From the NCBI RefSeq assembly GCF_009914755.1, contig NC_060925.1: DNA of 64,000 nt. One strand, written 5' to 3'. Made by a program: the position numbers and the translations under genes. The notes below the pieces were generated by a model. The model did no database searches and was not told the DNA's origin. It worked only from the letters and a program-made list of their open reading frames with translations. Position 1 is the stretch's first letter. Every line of letters begins with the position of its first letter. Below, piece after piece: positions 27,701 to 45,000 of the stretch. This stretch comes from the human T2T-CHM13v2.0 reference genome, Homo sapiens.

Positions 27701-30700
27701 GTATCACTTGTCTCAGCTCTGCCTACACGGGAATTCTCACATATCTCTGCACTGATCACGAAAGTGAAGTAACCCTTGTCTAAGCTCTGCCTACAGGGGC
27801 ATTGTGACAGATCTCTCCACTGCTCACCCAGGTGATGTAACAATTGTCTGGGCTTTGCCTACAGGGGGCTTTGTGATATACATTTCCACTGATCAAACAT
27901 GTGATGTAACCCTTGTGAAGGTTCTGCTTACAGGGGTATTGTGACGTATCTCTGCACTGATCACCCTATGGAGGAAACAATTGTCTACACTCTGCCTACA
28001 GGAGGCTTTACAACTTATCCTTGCACTGATCACTAGGTGATGTAACACTTGTCTATGCTCTGTCTATAGGGCAATTTTCACATATCTCTACCCTGATCAC
28101 CTAAGTGATGTAACTCTTGTCTAGGCCTGCCTATGTGGGCATTGTGACTTATCTCTGCACTGATCACCCAGGAGATGTGACTCTTGTCTAAGCTCTGCCT
28201 AGAGGGACATTGGGACATATCTCTGCACTGATCACTGAGGTGATGTAAAACTTGTCTAGGCTTTGCCTACAGTGGGATTTATGACATATCTGTGCTCTGA
28301 TAACCCAGGTGAAGTAACTCTTGTCTAGGCTATGCTTACAGGGGTATTGTGAGATACCTCTGCACTGATCATCCAGGTGATTTAACTCTTGTATAGGCAT
28401 CGCCGACAGTGGGGATTGAGGCATGTCTCTGCACTGATAACCGAGGTGATGCAACTCTTGTCTGGGATATTCTTACAGGGGGCATTGTGACATATCTCTG
28501 CCCTGATCACCCAAGTGATGTAACTCCTGCCTAGGCTCTGCCTACTAGAGACATTGTGACATATCTCCGCACTGATCACCCAGGTGATGTCACTTTTCTC
28601 AAGGATATGGCTACAGGAGCATTGTGACATATTTCTGCACTGATCACACAGGTGATGGACACTTGTCTTGGATCTATCTATGGGGGCATAGTGACATATC
28701 TCTGCACTGATCACTCATGTGATGTAACGCTTGTATAAGCTGCGCCTAAAGGGGAATTGTGTCAGATATCTCCACTGATCACCCAGGTGATGTAAGAATA
28801 CTCTGGTATTTGTCTACAGGGGGCTTTGTGACGTATCTTTGCACTGATCACCCAGGAGATGTAACTCTTGTCTACGCTATGCATAAAGGGGCCTTGTCAC
28901 ATATTTCTGCACTGTTCAGCCAGGTGAAGTAACTCTTGTCTAGGCTCTGCTTACAGGGGGTATTGTGACATATCTCTACACTGATCACCTAAGTGATGTG
29001 ACACTTGTGTAGGCTGTGCCTACAGGGGCATTTTGACATATTTCTGCACTGCTAAGCGAGGTGATGTAACTCTTGTCTAGGCTGTGCCCACAGCGGGATT
29101 GAGACATAACTCTGCACTGATCCTGAGGTGATCCATCTCTTGCCTGGTCTCTGTCTACTAGGGACATTGTGACATATCTCTGCACTGTTCTCCCAGGTGC
29201 TGTAACTTAATTCTAGGCTCTGGCTACATGGCATCGTGACAAATCACTGCATTGATCACCCAGGTGACATAACTCTTGTCTATGCTCTGCCTACAGGGGT
29301 CCTGTGAAATATCTCTGCACTGATCACCCAGGTGATATAACTCTTCTCTAGGATCTGCCTACAGGGTGCTTTGTGACATAACGCTGCAATGATCACCCAG
29401 GTGATATACCAATTGTCAAGGCTCTGCCTAGAGGGGCATTGCGATGTATCTCTGCACTGATCACCTAGGTCATGTAACTCTTGTCTAGGCTCTGCCTACA
29501 GTGGCATTGTGACATATCTCTGCACTGATCACCCAGGTGATGTAACACTTGTCTAGGATCTGCCTAAAGGGACTTTGTGACATATATCTGCACTGATCAT
29601 CCAGGTGATGGGGCTGTTGTATAGGCTCTGCCTAAGGGGGCATTGTGACATATTTCTGCACTGATCACCCAGGTGACGGACTCTTGTCTTGGATCTGCCT
29701 ATGGGGGCATTGGGACATATCTCTGCACTGATCACCCAGGTGATGTAACTGTTTTAAAAGCTCTGCCTACAGGGGAATTGTGAGAGATCTCACCACTGAT
29801 CACCCCAGTGATGTAACTATTTTCTACGCTTTGCCTACAGGGGGCTTTGTGACATATCTTTGCACTGATCACCCAGGTGATGTAACTCATCTAAGTTCTG
29901 CCTACAGGAGCTTTGTGACATATCTCTGTACTGAACACTTAGTATATGTAACACTTTTAGAAGCACTGCCTACAGGGAATTTTGAGAAATCTCTGCAATG
30001 ATCACCTAGGTGATGTAACTCTTGTTTACCCTCTGCCCAAAGGGGGCACTGCGAAATATCTCTGCACAAAATCACCCAGGTGATTCAACTCTTCTCCAAG
30101 ATATGCCTACAGGGGGTATTGTGAAATATCTCTGCACTGATCAACTAGGTGGTGTAACTCTTGTCAAGGCTCTGACTACAGGGGCATTTTCACATATCCC
30201 TGAACTGATGACAAAGGTGATGTAGCTCTTGCCTAGGCTTTGCCTACAGGGGACATTGTGACATACATCTGCACTGATCACCCAGGTGATGCAACTCTTG
30301 CCTTCGCTGTGCCTACAGTGGACATTGTGACATATCTCTGCACTGATCTCCCAGGTGATGCAACTCTTCTCTATGCTCTGCCTACAGAGGACATTGGGAC
30401 ATATCTGTGCACTGATCACCCAGGTGATGCAACTCTTCTCTATGCTCTGCCTACAGGGGCATTGTGACATATCTCTGCACTGATCACCCAGGTGTTGTAA
30501 CTCTTTTCTAGTCTCTGCCTACAGAGGGCGTTGTGACATAACTCTGCATGGATAACCCAGGTTATGTAAGTCTTGTCTATGCTCTGCCTATGGGGGCATT
30601 GTGACTTATCTATGCACTGATCACTCAGGAGGTGTGACTCTTGTCTAAGCTCAGTCTAGAGGGACATTGGGACATATCTCTGTAATGATCGCTTAGGTGA

Positions 30701-32645
30701 TGTAAAACTGGTCTAGGCTTTGCCTACAGTGGGATTTATGACATATCTCTGCACTGATCACCGAGGTGATGCAACTCATTTCTGGGATCAGCTTACACGG
30801 GGAATTGTGATATATCTTTGCCATGATCACCCAGGTGATGTAACTCTTGTCTAGGCTCTGCCTACTGGAGACATTGTGACATATCTCCGCACTGATCACC
30901 CAGGTGATGTCACTTTTGTCAATGATATGGCTACTGGGATATTGTGACATGTCAGGGCACTGATCACACAGCTGATGTAACTCTTGTCTAGGCTCTGGCT
31001 ACAGGAGGCTTGTGAAACATCTCTACACTGATCACCCAGGTGATGTAACCCCTCTCTAGGCTCTGTCAAATGGGGGCTTTGTGACACAACTCTGCACTTA
31101 TCACCCAGGTGTTGGGACTCTTGACTAGGCTCTGCCTACAGGGGCATTGTGACAGATCTCTGCAGTGATAACGCAGGTGATGTAACTCTTGTCTATATCT
31201 GCCTATTGGCGGCATTGTGGCATATTTCTGCACTGATCACCCAGGTGATGGACTCTTGTCTTAGATCTGCCTATGGGGGCATAGGGACTTATCTCTGCAC
31301 TGATCACTCATGTGATGTAACGCTTGTCTATGCTGCGCCTAAAGGGGAATTGTGACAGATATCTCCACTGATCACCCAGGTGATGTAACAATTTTCTAGG
31401 ATTTGTCTACAGGGGGCTTTGTGACATATCTTGGCACTGATCATCCAGGAGATGTAACTCTTGTCTAGGCTCAGCCTACAGGGGCTTTGTGACATATTTC
31501 TGTACTGACCACCCAGGTGATGTAACTCTTTTCTAGTCTCTGCCTACAGGGATTTTTTGTGACATATCACTGCACTGATCACCAAGGTGATGTAGTCCTT
31601 GTATGGGCTTTGCCGACAGAAGGCTTTGTGACATATCCATGCGTTGATATCTGAGGTGATGCAACTCTTGTCTAGGCACTGCCTCCAGGGGACATTGGTA
31701 AATATCTCTGCACTGATCACCCAGGTCATGGACTCTTGTCTTAGATCTGCCTACATGGACATAGTGACACATCTCTGAACTGATCCACTAAGTGATGACA
31801 GTATTGTCTAGGCTCTGCCTACAGGGGCTTTGTGACACATCTCTGCACTGATCACCCTGGGGAGGGATCTCTTGTCTACACTCTGCCTACTGGAGGCTTT
31901 ATGACTTATACCTGCACTGATAACGTAGCTGATGTAACGCTTGTCTAGGCTCTGCCTACACGGGAATTCTCACATATCTCTGCACTGATCACCCAGGTGA
32001 TGTAACTGCTGTCTAGGTTCAGCCTACAGGAGCGTTTTGACATATCTCTGCCCTGATCACCCAGGTGATGTAACCCTTTTCTAGGCTCTGCCTACAGGGG
32101 CATTGTGACAGATCTCTCCACTGCTCACCCAGGTGATGTAACAATTGTCTGTGCTTTGCCTACAGGGGGCTTTGTGATATACATTTCCACTGATCAAACA
32201 GGTGATGTAACCCTTCTCAATGTTCTGCTTACATGGGCTTTGTGACATATTTCCGCACAGATCACCCCAGGGTGGAAATACTTGTCTACACTCTGCCTAC
32301 AGGAGGCTTTATGACTTATCCCTGCACTGATCACTAGGTCATGTAACACTTGTCTAGGCTCTGTCTACATGGGAATTTTCACATATCTCTTCACTGATCA
32401 CCTAAGTGATGTAACCCTTATCTAGATTCAGCCTACTGGGAATTTCTGACATACCTATGCACTGATCACCGAGGTGATGTAAATCATTTCCAGGATTTTT
32501 GTACAGGGGACATTGTGATATATCTCTGCACTGATCACCCAAAGGATGCAAATCTTCTCTAGGATCCAAAGGGAGGTGGCCTTGTGACGTATTTCTGAAA
32601 TGATCATCCAGGAGATGTAACTATTCGCCAGGTTTTGACTAAAGA
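21767..32645 (-). repeat. Beta satellite array, block 4 (longest, ~10.9 kb)
   Basis: Continuous ~68-bp monomers, minus orientation. Confidence 0.96.
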
Positions 32646-32817
32646 GCCTCGGAAGGTGTTGGGAGAGCCTCAGCCGGAATTTCACAGATGGAGAAGGGCA
32701 CAGAGAAACCAGCGGGCTCCCTTGCAAGTCAGCCGGGGTGCGCAATGAGCGCAGGCCTAGCCAGGAGGCCAGAAAAGAGAGATAGAAGTCTGCGTTCCGC
32801 CGCCATGCGCTCCATGG
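32646..32817 (-). repeat. 3' remnant (pLAM/exon-3-like tail only) of a D4Z4-like unit, truncated at the inversion junction
   Basis: Matches unit tails (cf. 4147-4319, 19045-19217) up to ...gcgctccatgg, then homology stops. Confidence 0.88.

Positions 32818-32820
<3 letters not shown>
32809..32820. other. Inversion (strand-switch) junction with 12-bp palindrome GCTCCATGGAGC
   Basis: All satellite monomers and DUX units are minus to the left and plus to the right; a perfect palindrome spans the switch. Confidence 0.88.
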
Positions 32821-35613
<2,793 letters not shown>

Positions 35614-38600
35614 TCTTTAGAGAAAGCCTGGAGAATAGTTACATCTCCTGGATGATCAGTTCAGAAATATGTCACAATGACCCCTCCCTGTGGAGCCTAG
35701 AGAAGATTTGCATCACCCGGGTGATCAGTGCAGAGATATGTGAGAATTCCCATGTAGGCAAAGCCTAGACAACTGTCACATCACCTAGGTTATCAGTGTG
35801 GGTATAAGTCATAAAGCCTCCTGTAGGCAGAGCATGGACAAGAGTACCCTCCCCAGGGTGATCAGTGCAGAGATGTGTCACAAAATCCCTGTAGGCAGAG
35901 CCTAGACAAGAGTTTCATCACTTGGTTGATCAGTTCAGAGACGTGTCACAATGTCCAAGTAGGCAGATCTAAGACAAGAGTCCATCACCTGGGTGATCAG
36001 TGCAGAGATATGTACCAATGTCCCCTGTAGGCAGTGCCTAGACAAGGGTTGAATCACCTCAGAGATCAGTGCATAGATATGTCACAAAGCCTTCTGTAGG
36101 CAAAGCCCATACAAGGCTTACATCACCTAGGTGATCAGTGCAGTGATATGTCACAAAAATCCCTGTAGACCGAGCCTAGAAAATTGTTACATCACCTGGG
36201 TGATCACTGCAGATATTTGACACAATGCCCCCATAGACAGAGCCTAGACAAGACTTCCATCACTTGGGTGATCAGTGCAGAGATATGCCACAAGCCCATC
36301 TAGGCAGAGTATAGAGAAGAGTCCCATCATCTGGGTGATCAGTGCAGAGATATTTGACAATGCCCCTGTAGGCAGAGAGTGGACAAGAGTTACATAACTG
36401 AGGTGATCTGTGCAGAGCTATGTCAAAACGCCCCTGCAGGCAGAGCCTAGAAATGTTACATCACCTGGGTGATCACTGCAGAGATATGTCACAATACCCC
36501 CTGTAGGTGGAGCCTAGAAAGGAGTTACATCAGCTGGGTGATCAGTGCAGAGATATGTCACAAAGCCCCTGTAGGCAGAGCCTAAACAAGAGTTACATCA
36601 CCTGGGTGATCAGTACAGAAATATGTCACAAAGCCCATGTAGGCCGAGCCTAGACAAGGGTTACATCTCTGGTAGATCAGTGCAAAGATATGTCACAAAG
36701 CCCCTTGTAGACAAATCCCAGAAAATTGTTACATCATCTGGGTGATCAGTGGAGATAACTGTCACAATTCCCCTTTAGGCGCAGTTTATACAAGCGTTAC
36801 ATCACATGAGTGGTCAGTGCAGAGATATGTCACTATGGCCCCATAGGCAGATCAAAGACAAGAGTCCATCACCTGGGTGATCAGTGCAGAAGTATGCCCC
36901 AATGCTGCCAGTAGGCAGGTATAGACAAGAGTTACATCACCTGCATGATCACTGCAGAAATATATCACAATGCCCCTGTAGGCATAGCCTAGACAAGAGT
37001 CCCATCACCTGGGTGATCAGTGCAGAGATATGTCACAATGCCCCCTTTTGGCAGAGCCTAGACAAGAGTCCCATCACCTGGGTGATCAGTGCAGAGATAT
37101 GTACCAATGTCCCCTGTAGGCAGTGCCTAGACAAGGGTTGAATCACCTCAGAGATCAGTGTATAGATATGTCACAAAGCCTTCTGTAGGCAAAGCCCATA
37201 CAAGGCTTACATCACCTAGGTGATCAGTGCAGTGATATGTCACAAAAATCCCTGTAGACCGAGCCTAGAAAATTGTTACATCACCTGGGTGATCACTGCA
37301 GATATTTGACACAATGCCCCCATAGACAGAGCCTAGACAAGACTTCCATCACTTGGGTGATCAGTGCAGAGATATGCCACAAACCCCATCTACGCAGAGT
37401 ATAGAGAAGAGTTCCATCATCTGGGTGATCAGTGCAGAGATATTTGACAATGCCCCTGTAGGCAGAGAGTGGACAAGAGTTACATAACTGAGGTGATCTG
37501 TGCAGAGCTATGTCAAAACGCCCCTGCAGGCAGAGCCTAGAAATGTTACATCACCTGGGTGATCACTGCAGAGATATGTCACAATACCCCCTGTAGGTGG
37601 AGCCTAGAAAGGAGTTACATCAGCTGGGTGATCAGTGCAGAGATATGTCACAAAGCCCCTGTAGGCAGAGCCTAAACAAGAGTTACATCACCTGGGTGAT
37701 CAGTGCAGAAATATGTCACAAAGCCCATGTAGGCCGAGCCTAGACAAGGGTTACATCTCTGGTAGATCAGTGCAAAGATATGTCACAAAGCCCCTTGTAG
37801 ACAAATCCCAGAAAATTGTTACATCACCTGGGTGATCAGTGGAGATAACTGTCACAATTCCCCTTTAGGCGCAGTTTATACAAGCGTTATATCACATGAG
37901 TGATCAGTGCAGAGATATGTCACTATGGCCCCATAGGCAGATCAAAGACAAGAGTCCATCACCTGGGTGATCAGTGCAGAAATATGCCACAATGCTGCCA
38001 GTAGGCAGGTATAGACAAGAGTTACATCACCTGCATGATCACTGCAGAAATATATCACAATGCCCCTGTAGGCATAGCCTAGACAAGAGTCCCATCACCT
38101 GGGTGATCAGTGCAGAGATATGTCACAATGCCCCCTTTTGGCAGAGCCTAGACAAGAGTCCCATCACCTGGGTGATCAGTGCAGAGATATCTCAAAATGC
38201 CCCAATAGGCAGATCCAAGACAAGAGTCCGTCACCTGGGTGATCAGTGCAGAAATATGTCACAATGCCCCCTTAGGCAGAGCCTAGACAAAAGCCCCATC
38301 ACCCGGGTGATCATTGCAGGGTTATGTCACAAAAAACCCTGTAGGCAGATACTAGAAAAGAGTTACATGACCTGGGTGATCAGTGCAGGGAGATGTCACA
38401 ATGCCACTGTAGGCAGAGCCTAGACAACTGTTACATGACCTCGGTGATCAGTGTTGAGATACATCGCAATGTCCCTGTAGGCAGGGCCTTGACAAGTGGT
38501 ATATCACGTAGGTGATCATTGCAGGGACTTGTCACAAAGCAACCTGTAGGCAGATACTAGAAAAGAGTTACATCACCTGGGTGATCAGTGTAGAGATATG

Positions 38601-39280
38601 TCACTATGGCACTGTAGGTAGAGCCTAGACAAGAGTTACATTACCTAGGTGATTAGTGCAGAGATACATCGCAATGCCCCTGTAGGCAGAGCCTTGACAA
38701 GTGGTATATCACCTGGGTGATCATTGCAGGGATATATCACAAAGCATCCTGTAGGCAGTTCCTAGAGAAGAGTTATATCACCTGGGTGATCAGTGCAGAG
38801 ATATGTCACAAGCCCCCTGTAGGCAGACCCTAGACAAGAGTTATATCACCTGGGTGATCAGTGCAGAGATATTTCACAAGCGCCCTATAGGCAGAGCCTG
38901 GGCAAGAGTTACATCAGCTCAGTGATCAATGCAGTGATATGTCACTATGCCCGTAGGCAGAGCCTAGTCAAGCATTACATCTCCTTGCTTATCAGTGCAG
39001 AGATATGTCACAAAGCCCCCATACACAGAGCCTAGACAAGTGTCCCCTCACCTGGGTGATCATTGCAGAAATATGTCACAATGACCCCATAGGCAGACAT
39101 AACACAAGAGTTACATCACTTGGGTGATCAGTGTAGAGATATGTCACAATGCCCCCATAGGCAGAGCCTAGACAAAAGTCCCGTCACCTGGGTGATGAGT
39201 TCACAGATATGTCACAAAGCCCCTGCAGGAACAGCCTAGAAAATTGTTACATCACTTTGTTGATCAGTTCAGAGATGTGT
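35614..39280 (+). repeat. Beta satellite array, block 5 (contains a ~1.09-kb tandem duplication)
   Basis: ~68-bp monomers in plus orientation. Confidence 0.96.
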
Positions 39281-39862
39281 CATGCTGGCTGTTTGCTCCA
39301 GGAGCTCTGCAGGCACCCAGAAATATGCAGGGAAGGGTGGAAGACCGGCATTGTGCCTTCACTCTCCTTGCCTGTTTCCAAACCGGCTTCACTGCAGACT
39401 CCCCATGTTGCCGCACACGGGAATCCATCATCAGGCCATCACGCCGTGGAGGCATCTTCTCTCTGGGGTCTCACTCTGGTCTCCTATGTGGAAATGAACC
39501 AGAGCCACACTCCTGTGTTTGTGAGACTGTCCCGGCAACGGCGACGCCCACAGGCACGGCCTCCTTCACGGAGAGAGGGCCTGGAACACTCAAGACTCCC
39601 ACGGAGGTCCAGTTCCACACTACCCTCCACCCTCCCAGGCTGGTTTCTCCCTGCTGAAGACGTGTGGGAGCCCAGAGAGCGGCTTCCAGTTCCCGCAGGA
39701 TTCCTGGAGAGGTCCGGAGAGCCAGCCCCGGAAACGCACCCCCCTCACCGCTTCCCCCTCGCCCTCTTCCTCTTCGTGTCTCCGGCCACACCACCACCAT
39801 CAACACGCCCTCCCCCCCCCCACCACCCCCGGGCCGCAGGCCTCGATGTCCTGGGACCATTC

Positions 39863-39939
39863 CGGGGTGGGGCAGGCTGTCCCAGGGCTCACCGCCATTC
39901 ATGAAGGAGTGGAGCCTCCCTGCCTGCAGGCCTTTATAA
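39863..39939 (+). promoter_or_regulatory. DUX4-type promoter elements of copy 5: degenerate GC box, DBE/YY1 core CCGCCATT, TATAA
   Basis: cggggtggggcagg; ctcaccgccattcatgaagg at ~39888; TATAA at 39935-39939. Confidence 0.55.
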
Positions 39940-40005
39940 GAGCCGCTGGCTGGCTGTCCGGGCAGGCCTCCTGGCTGTGCCTGCCACAGTGCACAGGCCA
40001 GCTGA

Positions 40006-41343
<1,338 letters not shown>

Positions 41344-42044
41344 GACGCGGCGTTGGGATGGGGTCAGGTCAAGGCAGGGCGGTGGCCTCTCTTCCGCAGG
41401 AAACACCTGGCCAGCTGTGGAGGGGCGTTTCTTCCCCCCGACCCCTCCACCAGACTGACCGGCCTGGGATTCCTGCCTTCTAGGTCTTGGCCAGGTGAGA
41501 GACTCCATACGGGGGAGAATTGCCACTCTTTCCTGGGCATCCCGGGGATCTCAGAGCCGGCCCAGGTACCAGCAGGTGGGCTGCCTACTGCACACGCGCG
41601 GGTTTGAGTGCAGCTGCCTGGGATGTGGGAGCAGCCCGGGCAGAGCTCTCATGACTTTCCACCACCACTCCCATGCCTGACCACCCCTCCCCACACCCAT
41701 CCCCCAAACCCGGAAAATGTGTCCTCCTCTGGGCTGGGTGGAGACCCCTGTCCCGGGAAACACCGGGCCCGTGCAGCTTCCAGGCCTGACACCCCTGTGG
41801 TGGCTCACCTTCTCTGCGCCTCCGGGCCACCATCGCCGGCCCACCCGTATCCCTGTAGCCTCCCAGCTGCCACCATGGAGCGCTTGGCGGCGGAACGCAG
41901 GCTTCTAGCTCTCTTTGACAGAATCCTGGCTAGACCTGCACTCATTGCACACACCGGCTGACGTGCAAGGGAGCCCCCTGGCTTCTCTGTGCCGTTGTCC
42001 GTCCGTGAAATTCTGGCTGAGGCTCTCCCAACACCTTCGGACGC

Positions 42045-45000
42045 TCTTTAGTCAAAGCCTGGAGAATAGTTACATCTCCTGGATGATCAGTTCAGAAATA
42101 TGTCACAATGCCCCCCCCCCGCGGAGCCTGGAGATGATTTGCCTTATTTAGGTGATCAGTGCAGAGATGTATCACAATGTCCCCTGTACAAAAAGCCTGG
42201 AAACCATTTACATCACCTCGGTGATCAGTGCAAATGTATGTCAGAAATCCCCAGTAGGCTGAACCTAGGCAAGGGTTACATCACTTAGGTGATCAGTGTA
42301 GAGATATGTGAAAATTCCTGTGTAGTCAGAGCCAAGACAAGTGTTATGTCACCCAGTGATCAGGGAATGGATAAGTGGTAAAGCCTCCTGTAGGCCGAGT
42401 GTATACAACTGTTTCCTCCCTGGGGTGTTCAGTGCAGAGATATGTCACAAAGCCCCTTTAAGCAGAACCTTGACAAGGGTTACATCACCTCTTTGATCAA
42501 TGGAAATCTATATCACAAAGGCCCCTGTAGGCAAAGCCAAGACAATTTTTAAATCACCTGAGTGAGCAGTGAAGAGATCTGTCACAATGCCCCTGTAGGC
42601 AGAGCTTAGACAAGTGTTACGTCACCTGGGTGATCAGTGCAGAGATATGTCAAAACGCTACTGTAGGCTGAACCTAGACAGGAGATACATCACCCGGGTG
42701 ATCAGTGCAGAGATATGTGAGAATTCCCGTGTAGGCAGAGCCTAGACAAGTGTTACATCACCTAGGTTATCAGTGCAGGTATAAGTCATAAAGCCTCCTG
42801 CAGGCAGAGCGTAGACAAGAGTTCCCTCCCCAGGGTGATCATTGAAGAGACGTGTCACAAAGCCCCTGTAGGCAGAGCCTAGACAAGAGTTTCATCACTT
42901 GGTTGATCAGTTCAGAGATGTGTCACAATGTCCATGTAGGCAGATCTAAGACAAGTGTTCATCACCTGGGTGATCAGTGCAGAGATACGTACCAATGTCC
43001 CCAGTAGGCGGTGCCTAGACAAGAGTTGCATCACCTCAGAGATCAGTGCAGAGGTATGTCACAAAGCCTTCTGTAGGCAAAGCCCATACAAGGCTTACAT
43101 CACCTAGCTTATCAGTGAAGTGATATGTCCCAAAAATCCCTGTAGACAGAGCCTAGAAAAGAGTTACATCACCTGGGTGATCTTTGCTGATATTTGACAC
43201 AATGCTCCCATAGACAGAGCCTAGACAAGAGTTCCATCACCTGGGTGATCAGTGCAGAGAAATGTCACAAATCCCCCTCTAGGTAGACTATAGAGAAGGG
43301 TACCATCACCTGGGTGACCAGTGAGGGGATATTTCACAATGCCCCCTGTAGGCAGAGAGTGGACAAGAGTTACATAATCTAGGTGATCTGTGCAGAGCTA
43401 TGTCAAAACGCCCCTGTAGGCAGAGCCTAGATAAATGTTACATCACCTGGGTGATCAGTGCAGAGATACATCACAGTACCCCATGTTGGTTGAGCCTAGA
43501 CAAGAGTCCCATCACTTGTGTGATCAGTGCAGAGTAATGTCACAAAGTCCCTTTAGGCAGATCCTAGACAAGTGTTACATAACTTGGATGATCAGTGCAA
43601 AAATATGTCACAATGCCAGTGTAGGCTGAGCCTAGACAAAGGTTATATGACCTAAGTGATCAGTGCAGAGATACATCGCAATGTCCCTGTAGGCAGAGCC
43701 TTGACAAGAGGTACATCACCTGGGGGATCATTGCAGGGCTATGTCACAAAGCACCCTGTAGGCAGATACTAGAAAAGGGTTACACCACCTGGGTGATCAG
43801 TGCAGAGATATGTCACAATGCCACTGTAGGCCGAGCCTAGACGAGAGTTCCATGACCTAGGTGATCTGTGCAGAGATACATCGCAATGCCCCTGTAGGCA
43901 GAGCATTGACAAGTGGTATATCACCTGGGTGATCATTGCAGGGATATGTCACAAAGCAACTTGTAGGGAGATACTAGAGAAGAGTTATATCACCTGGGTG
44001 ATCAGTGCAGAGATATGTCACAAGCCCCCTCTTGGCAGAGCCTAGACAAAGGTTATATCACCTGGGTGATCAGTGCAGTGATATGTCACAATGCCGTGTA
44101 GCCAGAGCCTAGATTAAAGTTACAGCACCTGGGAAATCAGTGCCGAGACATGTCACAATGTCCCCAGTAGGCAGAGAGCAGGCAAGAGTTGGATCAACTC
44201 GGGATCAGGGAAGAGATATGTCTCAATCTCCTTGTGGGCACAGCCTAGACAAGAGTTACATCACCTCGGTTAACAGTGCAGGGATATGTCAAAATGCCCC
44301 TGTAGGCAGAGCCTACACAAGTGTTACATCACTTAGGTGATCAGTGCAGAAATATGTCACAAAGACCCTGTAGGCCGAGCCTAGAAAAGAGTTACATCTC
44401 CTGGGAGATCAGTGAAAAGATGTCACAAAGCCCAATGTAGACAAATCCCAGAAAATTGTTACATCACCTGGGTGGTCAGTGGTGATATCTGTCACAATTC
44501 CCCTTTAGGCGCAGCTTAGACAAACGTTACATCACATGAGTGAACAGTGCAGATATATGTCACTATGCCCCCATAGGCAGATCCAAGACAAGAGTCCATC
44601 ACCTGGGTGATCAGTGCAGAAATATGCCACAATGCCTCCAGTAGGCAGATATAGACAAGAGTTACATCACCTGCGTGATCACTGCAGAGATATGTCACAA
44701 TGCCCCTGTAGGCAGAGCCTAGACAAGGGTCCCATCACCTGGGTGATCAGTGCACAGTTATGTCAAAAAGCCCCCTTTTGGCAGAGCCTAGACAAGGGTT
44801 ACATCACCTGGGTGATCAGTGCAGAGATGTGTCACAAGCACCCTGTAGCCAGAGCCTAGACAAGAGTTACATCAGCTGTGTGATCAGTGCAGTGACATGT
44901 CACAGTGTCCCTGTAGCCATATCCTTGACAAAAGTGACATCACCTGGGTGATCAGTGCAGAGATATGTCACAATGTCTCCAGTAGGCAGAGCCTAGACAA

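Noticed and set aside
21767-32645. CRISPR-like periodicity with a palindromic core (ATCACC-TG-GGTGAT every ~68 bp)
   Set aside because: The whole monomer is repeated, there are no unique spacers and no cas genes, and the context is primate satellite.
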